Shown here: piece after piece, positions 30,544-40,994 of the stretch
Numbering within the stretch: position 1 is the stretch's first letter
How the letters are laid out: every line of letters starts with the position of its first letter
From: Ignavibacteriaceae bacterium
GTDB lineage: Bacteria; Bacteroidota; Ignavibacteria; Ignavibacteriales; Ignavibacteriaceae
Length of the DNA stretch: 44,256 nt
Assembly: GCA_046703345.1 (NCBI GenBank)
Contig: JBJKTB010000389.1
Span: 1 to 44,256, forward strand
Reading direction: 5' to 3'
Position numbers and translations under genes: made by a program
The notes under the pieces: model-generated
Seen by the model: only the letters and a program-made list of their open reading frames with translations
The model's database searches: none
Told to the model about the DNA's origin: nothing

Positions 30544-32300
30544 CCGGCTTCATCCTTCGGATTTCGCCGCGACAGGTCCGGCTTTGTATTAAGATGTTTT
30601 TGATCATCGGCTAAGCCTTGAACTTCCGCGATGAATAAAACTTTTGTCATTAAGTTTTGTATTTGATCGTCATTCATTTTGGGATACTGCGCTGCTAAAT
30701 TATTTTTGAATTCATCATAGCTGCTTGAATTCTTTGCAAGTTCAATTACCGGTTTCAAAGTTTGTTCAATGCTGAACTGCATAAGTTTATCCGGCAGGGC
30801 TGCAGCGGCAATGTCGCCGATTAATTTTTCCTTCGATAAAGCTTCGTAGGATTTTAATTCAATATTTTTGCCGAAGAGTTTTTTGAAAAGATTCTTAAAC
30901 CCGGACGCTTGTATTTTGTTTTGTGTTTCGGCTGCGCTTTGTGCCTCGGCTCCCACGCCGGAGGCGGGCAAGCCGCCCGGCATGACGGTACCGGGGGGAT
31001 TATTGCCGAACGGATTTAACGGATTAACCGGCGGCTGCGGCTCTCTTAATTCGAACTCATCTTCTTCAAGATTATATTTACGTTCGAAGTAAACCGGCGT
31101 AAATTTTACGCCGATCCCGTCAAGGTTTTTATCGCGCTCGCTAAGATCTTTATTTATATTTTCGATCTCTTTTACTTCGAATGTAGGATATAAGCCTGAT
31201 CCGATATTCAGGTCGACAACACGTTTAAATAGAAGATTAAAAAATGTTGTCGGAAAATCTTGATCGGTGCCCTGTATATCGCCTTCGATCGTAATTGCGC
31301 CTGTATCGCTTGCGGCTCTTGCGCCGCTCTTTTGTATATCGGTTGAAAGCGTATTTAAAAGTAAGGACCTTATAATTGCGTTATCGCAGCGCTGCAAATA
31401 TTTTTCATGAAGATCCCCGGAGTTTGTCCCGCTGCGTTCAATCAGCTGCAGGCTGGAATCGTCCGGCCCGGTTCCTACCGCATCCTGCACCATGTTTTCA
31501 AGTTTTGTAAGCAGATCCGCGTGGTCTTCCGATTTTGCGCCCCGCGGCAGTTTGCCGAATAAAAACGGCATGCCGTATTTTTCAAGGAACACCGTATAGA
31601 ATTTCATTCCGCCGCGCTTAAAAGTTACCGGCCAGAAACACCGGCTTAATGCTTTTTCTCCGTAGGGGTTTTCATAAGTAGGATTATTTCTAAGCACTAT
31701 AAATTTTACTGCAACTTTGGGATCTGCTTTCTTGCCGTTTATTATTATGCCGTTAAAGTCATCCATCCTTCTAAACCGGCATTGATTTTCATTGTCATAA
31801 AAGAACCATTCGCGCGGCTTTTCCCAAACTTCAACAGGAAGAATTTTATTATTTATTTTTGCAAAATTTATTTCGAAGGGAGCATATCCCCAGAAGATAG
31901 GATCCAAAGTCTGCGAGATAATATCTTTAACATAGCACCCGTTTGATTCAAGAGTCTGCAGCACTTCTCTGCAAAGCTCAACCTCGGCATCGCCGGCTCC
32001 GCTTTGCTTCGACGCGCCTGGGTCTATATCGGGTGCGACAATATCCCAGTCCAAAGATTTAGTTAAATTTTTTCTGCGTTCAACGAGCGGCCCTACCTGG
32101 TCATCACTCAACAAATCTTTATAGACAGTTTGATCGGATCCAAGCTTGCGCAGAATAGGGTCGGGATCCGGCAGGTAGCTAAAGAAGCCGACATAAGCGC
32201 CCGCCGCAAACTGGCGTGTTGCCATCTCCGAAGTTAAACCGGCCTGTATATTTCTTAAAGATACAAAAGTCGTCGGGTTTATATAAATTCCTTTTTCCAT
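30540..32300 (-). CDS. Portal protein, Mu gp29 / DUF935-like (586 aa), mirror copy
   Basis: Exact reverse complement of 11957..13717; identical protein. Confidence 0.85.
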   Translation of the reverse strand: MEKGIYINPTTFVSLRNIQAGLTSEMATRQFAAGAYVGFFSYLPDPDPILRKLGSDQTVYKDLLSDDQVGPLVERRKNLTKSLDWDIVAPDIDPGASKQSGAGDAEVELCREVLQTLESNGCYVKDIISQTLDPIFWGYAPFEINFAKINNKILPVEVWEKPREWFFYDNENQCRFRRMDDFNGIIINGKKADPKVAVKFIVLRNNPTYENPYGEKALSRCFWPVTFKRGGMKFYTVFLEKYGMPFLFGKLPRGAKSEDHADLLTKLENMVQDAVGTGPDDSSLQLIERSGTNSGDLHEKYLQRCDNAIIRSLLLNTLSTDIQKSGARAASDTGAITIEGDIQGTDQDFPTTFFNLLFKRVVDLNIGSGLYPTFEVKEIENINKDLSERDKNLDGIGVKFTPVYFERKYNLEEDEFELREPQPPVNPLNPFGNNPPGTVMPGGLPASGVGAEAQSAAETQNKIQASGFKNLFKKLFGKNIELKSYEALSKEKLIGDIAAAALPDKLMQFSIEQTLKPVIELAKNSSSYDEFKNNLAAQYPKMNDDQIQNLMTKVLFIAEVQGLADDQKHLNTKPDLSRRNPKDEAG

Positions 32301-32340
32301 AATTACCTCGCAAAGTGCAAAGCGCTAAGCGCCAAGCGTT

Positions 32341-33705
32341 TTAATATCTATCGATTAATTCGGTTATATGTTTTCTGCCCGCAGATGAAACAATTAAAGG
32401 TCCGCTGTAAGTTTTAGATGCATTTAAGCATAATGATTTTGCCCAGAATATATCTGCATGTCCGCCGTCGTCGCTTTCCTGTGCTTCGTATCTAACATTG
32501 CCGGCCGCGGTCCTTACCGCTTTGATTGAATATAAATCTTCTCTTATTATTCTATCGCGCGGAATTAAATTTTTCATTCCTTCAAAAGCAATGTAAGTAT
32601 AAGAAGCAAGTTCTTCTTTCGACTTCTGGGTAAACATAACCGGCTCAACGCGCAGAGCGCCGAAGTCCTGCTGAGCTTCTTCCGCAAGCTGGTTGCCTAT
32701 GCCGGTTGCATCGATGCAAGCGCGTCTGAAATTAGGATGCGAAAGAATATCATATAAAATTTCTTTCTGAACTTTGTAAGCGGTATTTTTTAGTCTTACA
32801 ACTTTGCGTGCATATAAAAGCTCGCCGAGTTTTTCATCAACCCAGATTACGGAAGGATTTCTCTTTCGCCCAACATCCATGCCGACGTAAAGATCTCCTT
32901 GAATATCTTTTAAAGTATCGTTCAGTATTTCATCTCTTTCAACCGGGTTAATTAATTCATAAGGCAAAAGGTGATCGCTTCCTCCGGATCTAGGGATACA
33001 GTAATATTCTTCATCGATCGCTTCCTGCGTCATTCCGCTGAAAGCATCTTCCAGCCAGATCTCAATTTCTTTTTTAGTTGCTTTATGTCCGAGTATCTGA
33101 TCTACCAATCCTTCTTTAATTGCATCGTCGATTGTAGTTTTATAACGGTGCCATCTTTTCATGGATCCGTCTTTGCCTTTTTCAATCTCCTTAATGAGCT
33201 GGTTGAACTTAGCTTCTTCGCCGTTGTGCGTGCTTACTAAAATTGTTCTGGCTCCGCGGAGAGAAAGAGGCTTGCTTGCGGTAAACATTTTTTCCTGATC
33301 TTTATGGTGGGCAAATTCATCGCCGTAAAAATCGCCGGTCTTGCCGCGTATGTTTGTCGGGTTGGAAGAGATCGCATTTATTTCCCCGCCGTATCTTTTA
33401 AAGCGTACGCAGCGGGCGGTCATATCGCTTTCTTTATCAATTAAAATTTCCCCTACATATTCGGCGGCTGCGCCGATATACCGCGCAAAGAACTGAACAT
33501 AATCGATAAACTCTTCAGACACGGTTAAGTCTGCAGAGCTGAACCAGACTTTATTGCCTTTAACATTTTTCTTTGCAATATCCCTCGTTGCTTTATAGCC
33601 TGCTGCAAATGTAATTCCTATACGGCGGCTCTTTTCATAAATTATGAACTGATTGCCGTCGTTTATAAATGCAGCTTGAAAGGGTAAAAATTTTAACTTT
33701 GCCAT
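32341..33705 (-). CDS. terL: Terminase large subunit, Mu gp28-like (454 aa), mirror copy
   Basis: Exact reverse complement of 10552..11916; identical protein. Confidence 0.9.
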   Translation of the reverse strand: MAKLKFLPFQAAFINDGNQFIIYEKSRRIGITFAAGYKATRDIAKKNVKGNKVWFSSADLTVSEEFIDYVQFFARYIGAAAEYVGEILIDKESDMTARCVRFKRYGGEINAISSNPTNIRGKTGDFYGDEFAHHKDQEKMFTASKPLSLRGARTILVSTHNGEEAKFNQLIKEIEKGKDGSMKRWHRYKTTIDDAIKEGLVDQILGHKATKKEIEIWLEDAFSGMTQEAIDEEYYCIPRSGGSDHLLPYELINPVERDEILNDTLKDIQGDLYVGMDVGRKRNPSVIWVDEKLGELLYARKVVRLKNTAYKVQKEILYDILSHPNFRRACIDATGIGNQLAEEAQQDFGALRVEPVMFTQKSKEELASYTYIAFEGMKNLIPRDRIIREDLYSIKAVRTAAGNVRYEAQESDDGGHADIFWAKSLCLNASKTYSGPLIVSSAGRKHITELIDRY

Positions 33706-34013
33706 ATCAAGCTCGCCATTATTAACGGATGCCCTTTAATTTCGCCACAACCCCCGTTAATTTCTTTTAATAATTGCATACCCTTCCCGCAAGGCTTGTT
33801 TCCCGGATTTCTTTTATTACGCACATAAACGGCCGTGGCTGCATTTTCCGCTTTTGAAGCCGGGTTAAAAAGCTGAAAAATGCTTATTAAAAGGGTGTTA
33901 ATTTCCCATAACTTTAGGATTAAATAGGGTTTAAAGGGTGTCGGCTTATTTCCGTAAAATAAGAGTTTCGCCGCATCATGGCCGGAAATATTATTTTTTT
34001 GCATAAATAGCAT
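33693..34013 (-). CDS. Hypothetical protein (106 aa) between the terminase genes, mirror copy; coding status uncertain
   Basis: Exact reverse complement of 10244..10564; identical protein. Confidence 0.4.
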   Translation of the reverse strand: MLFMQKNNISGHDAAKLLFYGNKPTPFKPYLILKLWEINTLLISIFQLFNPASKAENAATAVYVRNKRNPGNKPCGKGMQLLKEINGGCGEIKGHPLIMASLIWQS

Positions 34014-34411
34014 TAATTAAGTCCTAATCTCTCTTCAATCTTATTCCAGGTTTCCTCCGATATATCTTGAGTCTTTGCTTCGTCGTCTTCTTTTTTCTCT
34101 TCTGTAAATTGGAATGTAGAAGATGATTTTAATGCGGCGACTACTTTGCCTAATGAGAAGATCAGCTTCGGGTCCATTTTAATTTCAAGTTCATCAAGAG
34201 TTCTATCCAGAAGCGCTTCAAGTCTTTCGCGTCTGCTTTTGGTTTTTTCCGCGCGCGCTCTGCGCTGGCTTCCCCAGTCTTCCTGCTTGCGCCAGTTGTA
34301 CAATGTCTTCCTGGATACTTCGCCGTTCATCATTGTAAGGATTGTGTCCATGCTGAATCCGTTAATGACGAACATCTCTTTTGCTTTTTCTTTTAACGCG
34401 GGATCCGGCAT
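34013..34411 (-). CDS. terS: Terminase small subunit candidate (gp27 / DUF1804-like, 132 aa), mirror copy
   Basis: Exact reverse complement of 9846..10244; identical protein. Confidence 0.55.
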   Translation of the reverse strand: MPDPALKEKAKEMFVINGFSMDTILTMMNGEVSRKTLYNWRKQEDWGSQRRARAEKTKSRRERLEALLDRTLDELEIKMDPKLIFSLGKVVAALKSSSTFQFTEEKKEDDEAKTQDISEETWNKIEERLGLN

Positions 34412-34414
34412 AGC

Positions 34415-34675
34415 TTACTCCGAGATATTAAAAGTTGCTTTTAGCTTGTTCATCTGTTCGACTTTAGAGGTATAATCTTTCTGCAGCTGCTGAAGCTCCT
34501 TAGCAAGCGTTTCAACTTTTTGGAAATCCATTGTCGAAAAATCTTTGTCGGACATAAAAGTGTCTGTCTCTTCCTGAATATCTTTAACCATGCTTTGTGC
34601 TTTTATGCCGAGCTGGTAGATCTGCTTTTTTAAAATCGCATATCTCCCGTTTGCTTGTTCTAATTCATAAGGCAT
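34415..34675 (-). CDS. Hypothetical coiled-coil protein (86 aa), mirror copy
   Basis: Exact reverse complement of 9582..9842; identical protein. Confidence 0.6.
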   Translation of the reverse strand: MPYELEQANGRYAILKKQIYQLGIKAQSMVKDIQEETDTFMSDKDFSTMDFQKVETLAKELQQLQKDYTSKVEQMNKLKATFNISE

Positions 34676-34686
34676 TTATCAACCCT

Positions 34687-35052
34687 TTATTTTTTTATTT
34701 CATTTTTAATTTCTATTAACACACCGGTAAGAATTTCTTTGTATTCAACATCGTTTTTAATTACTTCAAAAAGTCTGTCGATTGTTTTCTGGTGCAAGTC
34801 GGCGATGTCTTTGTTCTGTTTATCCTTTTGGTCCAGCGCGGTTTCAAACTGTTCCTGGTTTTGGCGGAGCGCAAACTCGAACTGCTTCTGGTTCTGCTTC
34901 ATAAAATATTTAAACATATAATACCAGCCTGCGAACATTGTTCCGCAGATGCTGCCGGTTGGAATTATAATCTGCATTGTAAGACTCGGAGTATCCGGTA
35001 TTACCTGCTCAGCTATAATAAAAGCTAAAACTGTTAAGAGAGATGCAAACAT
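34687..35052 (-). CDS. Membrane protein with coiled coil (121 aa from the ATG), mirror copy
   Basis: Exact reverse complement of 9205..9570 (the track version extends to 35088 from a TTG). Confidence 0.55.
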   Translation of the reverse strand: MFASLLTVLAFIIAEQVIPDTPSLTMQIIIPTGSICGTMFAGWYYMFKYFMKQNQKQFEFALRQNQEQFETALDQKDKQNKDIADLHQKTIDRLFEVIKNDVEYKEILTGVLIEIKNEIKK

Positions 35053-35109
35053 TTTAAGCCCGCTGTTTTTATATAAAATATTTGGCAAGGAATATAAAGA
35101 ATGAGTTAT

Positions 35110-35142
35110 CCGTAAGATTTTGACTCTGTCAATATCTTACGG
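35110..35142. promoter_or_regulatory. 33-bp near-perfect palindrome in the divergent late control region, mirror copy
   Basis: CCGTAAGATtTTGACtctGTCAAtATCTTACGG; exact reverse complement of 9115..9147. Confidence 0.6.
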
Positions 35143-35275
35143 CGGATTGGTTTTTTATGTTAAAAATCAAAAAATAGAATTGAATGTGAAAAGATTATTC
35201 CAATTGATAAGAAATAATACCCTAATTATAGGGCTTAAATATGGGGCGATTCCACTCTCGCCATGCCATTGTGAA

Positions 35276-35443
35276 ATGGCATATGCAAAATTCAAAGCAA
35301 AAGAATTCGGAATATCAATTAATCAAATTGTAAGACATTTGGGGATTTGTACTGATACATTTTATAAAAATCTCAACGGCAAATTAAAAAATCACAGAGA
35401 ACAAATTATAAATTTTATAAATGAAAGAGCGGAATCATTATAA
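35276..35443 (+). CDS. Small HTH DNA-binding protein (55 aa from the ATG), mirror copy
   Basis: Exact reverse complement of 8814..8981 (the track version starts at a TTG at 35120). Confidence 0.5.
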   Translation: MAYAKFKAKEFGISINQIVRHLGICTDTFYKNLNGKLKNHREQIINFINERAESL

Positions 35444-36702
35444 TGGACAAATTTAACTGGATGCCTATATTAAGAACAGGGAACTTTACAGATAAAAACG
35501 GCCAGCTTGTAAACATAAATACCGAAAAGCTTGACGAGATAATTGAAAACTCGGATCTATCAAAAGAGCCGCAGTTTGTAATTGAGCACCCGCGCATGGA
35601 CAGCATCGGTTTCGGTACAATCAGCAAGCTGAAAAGAGTGGGTGATTTTCTTTTAGCCCTGCCCAAAGAAGTAAACGGCAAATTTAAAATTGCCGTGAAC
35701 GCGGGAAAGCTGCCAGGGCGCAGCGTAACTCTTGATAAAAAAAATTACGCATTAAAGAACATATCTTTTCTTCCTCCGGAAATCGCTCCCGCTGTTTCCG
35801 GGCTGGGCACATATAACTTTTCAAAAGCCGACGACAAAACGGAAGAGGATAATTTAATTTCATTAAGCCAATTATTTGAAGAAGAAGAATCGCATTTTGC
35901 CAATACCGAAAATGATGAAGTTGAATTTGCACAATTTACTATAAGCAGCTATCCTTTCAGAACCATCCAGACACTATTCAGGAACACAAAAAATTTTTTA
36001 ATAGATAAATTCTCTCTCGAAGAGGCGGACAATATTCTGCCGGAATATGAGCTAAACGGTTTAGGAAACCCGCCGTCGATCTATGAAACCTCGTCGGAAG
36101 TAAATGCAAGTTTTTCACAACAAAATAAAAACGGAGATAAAATGTCTACAATAGATTTATCAAAAGTCGATTGGTCAAAGATCGACCCGAATTTGAAAAC
36201 AGCGGTTGAAGGATTACAGCAGGAGAACCAAACGCTTACAACGGACCTCGAATCTAAAAAGGTTGAGCTGCAGTCGGCGGCCGACAAAATAACCGCAGCA
36301 GAAAAAGCCGCAATCAGGAACGAAGCCCTCCAGTTCTGCGAAAGCGAAGAACTTAAACTAAAGATCATCCCGGCGGACAAAGAAAAGTATGTTGAATTTT
36401 TAACGGCGCAAAAAGAAAAAGGCACAATTGAATTCTCTACTGCTTCGACAAGCTCGGCGGCCGGTTCGGAACAAACTAAAATCCAATTCAATGCTTACGA
36501 CTTTACAAAAGAACTTTTCAAAGCTCTTCCGGATAAAGTTGAACTGCAGGAGATTGCAAGCAAAGATAATGCAAAAGGAAACAGCGGCGACGATGCAGAA
36601 ACTCTTGCGCAAAAGGCAATCGAATTCCAGGCTTCGGAAAAGGCTGCCGGCAGAACGATTTCGGCAAGCGCAGCTGTTGCTCATGTAAAGAACACCAAAT
36701 AA
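35443..36702 (+). CDS. Mu I-like prohead protease / scaffold protein (419 aa), mirror copy
   Basis: Exact reverse complement of 7555..8814; identical protein. Confidence 0.75.
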   Translation: MDKFNWMPILRTGNFTDKNGQLVNINTEKLDEIIENSDLSKEPQFVIEHPRMDSIGFGTISKLKRVGDFLLALPKEVNGKFKIAVNAGKLPGRSVTLDKKNYALKNISFLPPEIAPAVSGLGTYNFSKADDKTEEDNLISLSQLFEEEESHFANTENDEVEFAQFTISSYPFRTIQTLFRNTKNFLIDKFSLEEADNILPEYELNGLGNPPSIYETSSEVNASFSQQNKNGDKMSTIDLSKVDWSKIDPNLKTAVEGLQQENQTLTTDLESKKVELQSAADKITAAEKAAIRNEALQFCESEELKLKIIPADKEKYVEFLTAQKEKGTIEFSTASTSSAAGSEQTKIQFNAYDFTKELFKALPDKVELQEIASKDNAKGNSGDDAETLAQKAIEFQASEKAAGRTISASAAVAHVKNTK

Positions 36703-36734
36703 AAATTTTAACAATTATTTGAAGGGCTAAAGAA

Positions 36735-37775
36735 ATGAAAGAACCATTAGTAATTAAAACCTACGATGCGGAAGCTGCGATAACCAAATACAGGATTGTA
36801 AAATTTGGTACCAGCACAAAGCAGGTAATTACCGCCTCGGCAAATACCGATAATCTTGTCGGAGTTAACGAAGCAATAACGGTTGATGCGGATGAAAGAG
36901 TTGACGTAATCCGCGCGGGATTTGCCGAAGTTGAGTACGGCGGAACAATTACCAAGGGCGATTATCTTACTGCGGACGCAAGCGGCAAAGCGGTAAAGCT
37001 TACAGACGTAATGCTTGCATCCGGCGCCTGCCAGTCAATAGGCGTAGCGGAAGACAGCGGAGTATCCGGCGACATCGGATCTCTATTCGTCTACCCGCAG
37101 AAAGTAAGCAAGTTTGATGCGGTAACATCATCTGCGGCGGAATTAAATTTACTTGACGGCACCGTTGCCGGAACAGCGGTTGCAAGCAAGGCAGTTGCTC
37201 TTGATGCCAACAAAGCATTGGATGAAATAAACACGGCTAAGCTTTCTATCGGTACTTCGGGAAGCGAAGTTGAAGTAACCGCAACACCGGCCGAGTTGAA
37301 CGTACTTCATTCGGTTACTGCCGGTACGGCTGCGGCAAGCTCCGGAGTTGTACTGGATGCAAACAAAGCAGTTGATGAAATAAACACAGCAAAGCTTTCA
37401 ATCGGTGCATCCGGAAGCGAGGTTGAAGTAACCGCAACACCGGCCGAATTAAACTTACTCGATATATCGGCTCATACGGAAACAATTGATTCGGGAGATG
37501 CCGTTTCCATAACAAAGAGAGTAACAAAAATTGATAATACAGTTTCCGGCGCCGGAGCGATTACTCTTGCAGCTCCAAACGCAACAATGCTCGGCCAGGT
37601 TAAAGTAATTGAAATGACGGTCGACGGCGGCGATGTAACCTTAGCTTTAACAAATGTAGACGGCGGAACAGCCACCACTACCGCAACGTTCGCTAACGTA
37701 GGCGAGGCATTAACGTTAGTCGGCGGTGTTTCTAAGTGGCATGTTCTCGGAGAAGCCGGAGTTACTTTAAGCTAG
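36735..37775 (+). CDS. DUF2190-like head decoration protein with tandem repeats (346 aa), mirror copy
   Basis: Exact reverse complement of 6482..7522; identical protein. Confidence 0.65.
   Translation: MKEPLVIKTYDAEAAITKYRIVKFGTSTKQVITASANTDNLVGVNEAITVDADERVDVIRAGFAEVEYGGTITKGDYLTADASGKAVKLTDVMLASGACQSIGVAEDSGVSGDIGSLFVYPQKVSKFDAVTSSAAELNLLDGTVAGTAVASKAVALDANKALDEINTAKLSIGTSGSEVEVTATPAELNVLHSVTAGTAAASSGVVLDANKAVDEINTAKLSIGASGSEVEVTATPAELNLLDISAHTETIDSGDAVSITKRVTKIDNTVSGAGAITLAAPNATMLGQVKVIEMTVDGGDVTLALTNVDGGTATTTATFANVGEALTLVGGVSKWHVLGEAGVTLS
37137..37463 (+). repeat. In-frame tandem repeat (about 2.25 x 153 bp) in the decoration-protein gene, mirror copy
   Basis: Repeat units start at residues 135, 186 and 237 of the 346-aa protein (nt 37137, 37290, 37443). 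Confidence 0.85.
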
Positions 37776-37790
37776 TTTAATCTTTCCTGA

Positions 37791-37813
37791 GTCCCTCTAT
37801 ATAAAAGAGGGAC
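37791..37813 (+). terminator. Hairpin GTCCCTC-loop-GAGGGAC, mirror copy
   Basis: Exact reverse complement of 6444..6466. Confidence 0.35.
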
Positions 37814-37866
37814 CCGGAAAAATGTTCTATGAAAAAATTTTTAATTAATATTTAGGAGAAAATAAC

Positions 37867-38796
37867 ATGGGACTAGCACCATTCCCAATCACCCCCGAAC
37901 TGACGGCGATTGCGATCGCTTACAGGAACGAAGCTTTAATTGCCGACCAGGTTCTGCCTTACGTGCAGGTCGGTAAAAAAGAATTCAAATATTTGTCTTA
38001 CGAAAAATCGGAAAGGTTTACTTTGCCGGACAACTACATCGGCCGTAAAGGCACACCGAACCAGGTTGAATTTAACGCAACCGAAGATACGGATACTTGT
38101 GTCGATTACGGCTTATCCGATCTGGTACCGCAGGATGATATTGACAACGCGCCGCCGAACTATGATCCGTTAGGCAATGCAGTTGAAGGAATCCAGGATC
38201 TTAATCTTTTGGCAAGAGAAAAACGCGTAGCCGATCTTGTCTTTAATACTTCCAGCTTTGCATCCGCAAACAAATCCGCACTAAGCGGCACGGATAAGTG
38301 GAGCGACTTTACAAACTCCGACCCGATTGAAGATATTCTTACCGCGTTGGATGTATGCATAATGCGCCCGAACGTAATGGTCCTAGGTAATTCGGTTTGG
38401 ACTGTGCTGCGCAGGCACCCGAAAGTTATTAAAGCTACAAATAAAAATTCCGGCGACAGCGGAGTAGCTGCGCGCCAGGCGGTTGCGGAACTTTTAGAAC
38501 TGCAGGAAATACTAGTCGGCCAGGGCTGGCTTAATTCATCCAAAAAAGGACAGACCGCAAGCTTTGCACGTGTCTGGGGTAATTACTGCGCTTTAATCTA
38601 CCGCAACACCTTGGCAAACACAACCCGCGGAATGACGTTCGGATATACCGCACGCTTCGGAACGCCAGTAGCAGGACAGATGCCCGAACCTAAATCCGGA
38701 CTGAAAGGCGGCACCTACATTAAAGCCGGAGAATCTTGTAAAGAGAAAATAACGGCTAACGATCTCGGTTACTTATTCAGTACGGTAATTGCTTAA
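37867..38796 (+). CDS. Major capsid protein (309 aa), mirror copy
   Basis: Exact reverse complement of 5461..6390; identical protein. Confidence 0.8.
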   Translation: MGLAPFPITPELTAIAIAYRNEALIADQVLPYVQVGKKEFKYLSYEKSERFTLPDNYIGRKGTPNQVEFNATEDTDTCVDYGLSDLVPQDDIDNAPPNYDPLGNAVEGIQDLNLLAREKRVADLVFNTSSFASANKSALSGTDKWSDFTNSDPIEDILTALDVCIMRPNVMVLGNSVWTVLRRHPKVIKATNKNSGDSGVAARQAVAELLELQEILVGQGWLNSSKKGQTASFARVWGNYCALIYRNTLANTTRGMTFGYTARFGTPVAGQMPEPKSGLKGGTYIKAGESCKEKITANDLGYLFSTVIA

Positions 38797-38819
38797 ATAG
38801 TTTCCCCCTGTTCCCTGGT

Positions 38820-38851
38820 CCTCCTCTCTGGAATATGAGAGGGGGATTTTT
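38820..38851 (+). terminator. Rho-independent terminator after the major capsid gene, mirror copy
   Basis: CCTCCTCTC-tggaatat-GAGAGGGGG followed by ATTTTTA; exact reverse complement of 5406..5437. Confidence 0.7.
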
Positions 38852-38873
38852 ATAAAGAAGATTAAGAGTTTAA

Positions 38874-39332
38874 ATGTATTCAACCATAGATAGCGTATCA
38901 AAAAGAATTAACCAGCAGACATTGATCCAGCTGCTTAACGATGAAGTAAGAAATGATAATGAAATAGATCTTACGGACAGCAGCGATAATATAGTTGTCC
39001 GATTTAATGAAGCAGCGGATGTTGCACAGCAGGAAATTGACGCAAATCTGCGCGGGAGATATACGCTTCCGCTTACTTCCGTACCGGGAATAATTGCAAA
39101 CCTAAGCGACAGCTTTACAATTTACCACTGCTATGAGCGGCGCAGCATGGAGAATATGCCGGACTCAATATTATCAATCCGCAAAGAAGGATTAAAGTTA
39201 TTGTCGGATATAAATAAGGGATTGATTGACATCGGGATCTCAACAGAGCCGCAGTCAATTTCAAATGAAATTAAAACTAATAAGACATCAAGCGACAGAA
39301 TGTTCAACAGCGATTTATGGGATAAATATTAA
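38874..39332 (+). CDS. Head-tail connector, Mu gp36 / DUF1320-like (152 aa), mirror copy
   Basis: Exact reverse complement of 4925..5383; identical protein. Confidence 0.7.
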   Translation: MYSTIDSVSKRINQQTLIQLLNDEVRNDNEIDLTDSSDNIVVRFNEAADVAQQEIDANLRGRYTLPLTSVPGIIANLSDSFTIYHCYERRSMENMPDSILSIRKEGLKLLSDINKGLIDIGISTEPQSISNEIKTNKTSSDRMFNSDLWDKY

Positions 39333-39613
39333 TGAAAAACTTTTTAACATCGGCACACGGTAAATTATTTATAACAACTTTTTTACTTTCCATACTGACT
39401 GTGTTTATAACGTTTGAATTTGCAATCCAGCTGTCGTCATTCGGCGTTGAGCTTGCAAAGGCTGCGCTGGGTATAATATTATTCTGGGCGTTTGATAATT
39501 ATGCAATGCGCGAGATTGATACAATTACAGAATTAAAAAAAGGAAACATCGCTTATGCGATTTTTATGTTGTCTCTTGCTCTTATCGTTGCTGCCGCTAT
39601 TCTCGGCTCTTAG
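39332..39613 (+). CDS. Small three-TM membrane protein (93 aa), holin/antiholin candidate, mirror copy
   Basis: Exact reverse complement of 4644..4925; identical protein. Confidence 0.55.
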   Translation: MKNFLTSAHGKLFITTFLLSILTVFITFEFAIQLSSFGVELAKAALGIILFWAFDNYAMREIDTITELKKGNIAYAIFMLSLALIVAAAILGS

Positions 39614-40106
39614 CCAATATACCGCGGCGTGCCCTGCATTGGATACGGCAATGAGTTATGCGGGCACAACGGAATTAACGGGGCATAACGACGGACCGGC
39701 AGTTGAAAAGTTTCTGCACAGCGTAGGACGCAGGCGCGGTGATTCGTGGTGCGCCGCATTTGTTTCTTACTGTTTAACCGCTGCAAAAGCTAAGCAGCCG
39801 GCTGTCCGCTCCGGACTTGCAAGATCCTTCATCAGAAAGAATTCAATTAAAGCAAATGATGTACTAATAGGAAAAGTAAAAATTAAGCCCGGAACTATTG
39901 TTGTTTGGCGTAAAGGTCAAACTATAAGCGGGCACATTGGTTTTGTAAGAAGCTGGGGCGAGCAATGCGGCAAAACAGTTGAAGGGAATACAAGCAGCAA
40001 CGAGCGCGGCAGCCAGGATAATGGCGAGGGAGTTTATTTAAAGAATAGATGTATACAGCCGGCTAACTATTTCCGGATAACGAATTTTACACTGGTAAAA
40101 TATTAG
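39555..40106 (+). CDS. CHAP-domain endolysin with signal sequence (183 aa), mirror copy
   Basis: Exact reverse complement of 4151..4702; identical protein. Confidence 0.75.
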   Translation: MRFLCCLLLLSLLPLFSALSQYTAACPALDTAMSYAGTTELTGHNDGPAVEKFLHSVGRRRGDSWCAAFVSYCLTAAKAKQPAVRSGLARSFIRKNSIKANDVLIGKVKIKPGTIVVWRKGQTISGHIGFVRSWGEQCGKTVEGNTSSNERGSQDNGEGVYLKNRCIQPANYFRITNFTLVKY

Positions 40107-40110
40107 ATCT

Positions 40111-40569
40111 ATGAGAAAGATAAAAATTTTTATAAAAATAATTATTGCAATGCTGGCGCTGCTGCTTTTATTCGGATGCAGCGGAGCTAAAGAGACGGTG
40201 GAAATTAAACCAAAGATAATTAAGCCGCCGACAATTGAAAATACGATGGACTCGCATTGGATAGATACTTTATTTATAGCAACCCGGATTGAAGGCAAAG
40301 ACACTGTGCAGGTTGTAAAATTTATACCGGACTCCGCATTAAGAGCAAGAGTTGAGCAGCTGATTAAAGACAATAAAAGTTTAGGCAATAAAATTGAAAG
40401 CATGGGCGAGTTCTATCTTAAAATAAAACCCGACTCAATAGTTTACTGGGACACGTTAAAAATTACTCAGCCCCCGGACATAATCCAGACGCCGATGCTT
40501 GCAAAGATCGGGCTTGTGTTTGTCGGGATGCTTATCGCATTAATAATCTATTTATTTATTAGGAGGTAA
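40111..40569 (+). CDS. Lipoprotein with C-terminal TM, u-spanin candidate (152 aa), mirror copy
   Basis: Exact reverse complement of 3688..4146; identical protein. Confidence 0.55.
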   Translation: MRKIKIFIKIIIAMLALLLLFGCSGAKETVEIKPKIIKPPTIENTMDSHWIDTLFIATRIEGKDTVQVVKFIPDSALRARVEQLIKDNKSLGNKIESMGEFYLKIKPDSIVYWDTLKITQPPDIIQTPMLAKIGLVFVGMLIALIIYLFIRR

Positions 40570-40570
40570 C

Positions 40571-40987
40571 ATGTTACGATTACTCTTTAATAAAGCCGTA
40601 AAAATACTATTCACCGTTCTCTTGTTTATAGTGGTACTGCCCGTTGCCGCAATTGCCCAGACGGGCACCGCACCGCCCGAGCCGATTAATCTGGATATTG
40701 TATTTGTTACTCTTGCCGGACTTACAACAGCGGTTATTTTATTAACCTCATTGGTAAAAAAGAAATATAGTACAAAAGACGGCGTTACAATTTGGGTAAG
40801 CGTTATCATAGGATTTATTATAAGCGCACTAGGATGGCTCTTTCAGCTGGGAATGTTTGCCGAGCTTGAATGGTATTACATCTTTATATACGGGCTCGCG
40901 TCCTCGCTAATGGCAAACGGGTTTGCAAGCTGGCCGGTAATCTCGGCGGTACTTAAAGTATTTAAATTAAAGGTCCCCAGTCAATAA
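40571..40987 (+). CDS. Multi-pass membrane protein, holin candidate (138 aa), mirror copy
   Basis: Exact reverse complement of 3270..3686; identical protein. Confidence 0.55.
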   Translation: MLRLLFNKAVKILFTVLLFIVVLPVAAIAQTGTAPPEPINLDIVFVTLAGLTTAVILLTSLVKKKYSTKDGVTIWVSVIIGFIISALGWLFQLGMFAELEWYYIFIYGLASSLMANGFASWPVISAVLKVFKLKVPSQ

Positions 40988-40994
40988 CGCCCAC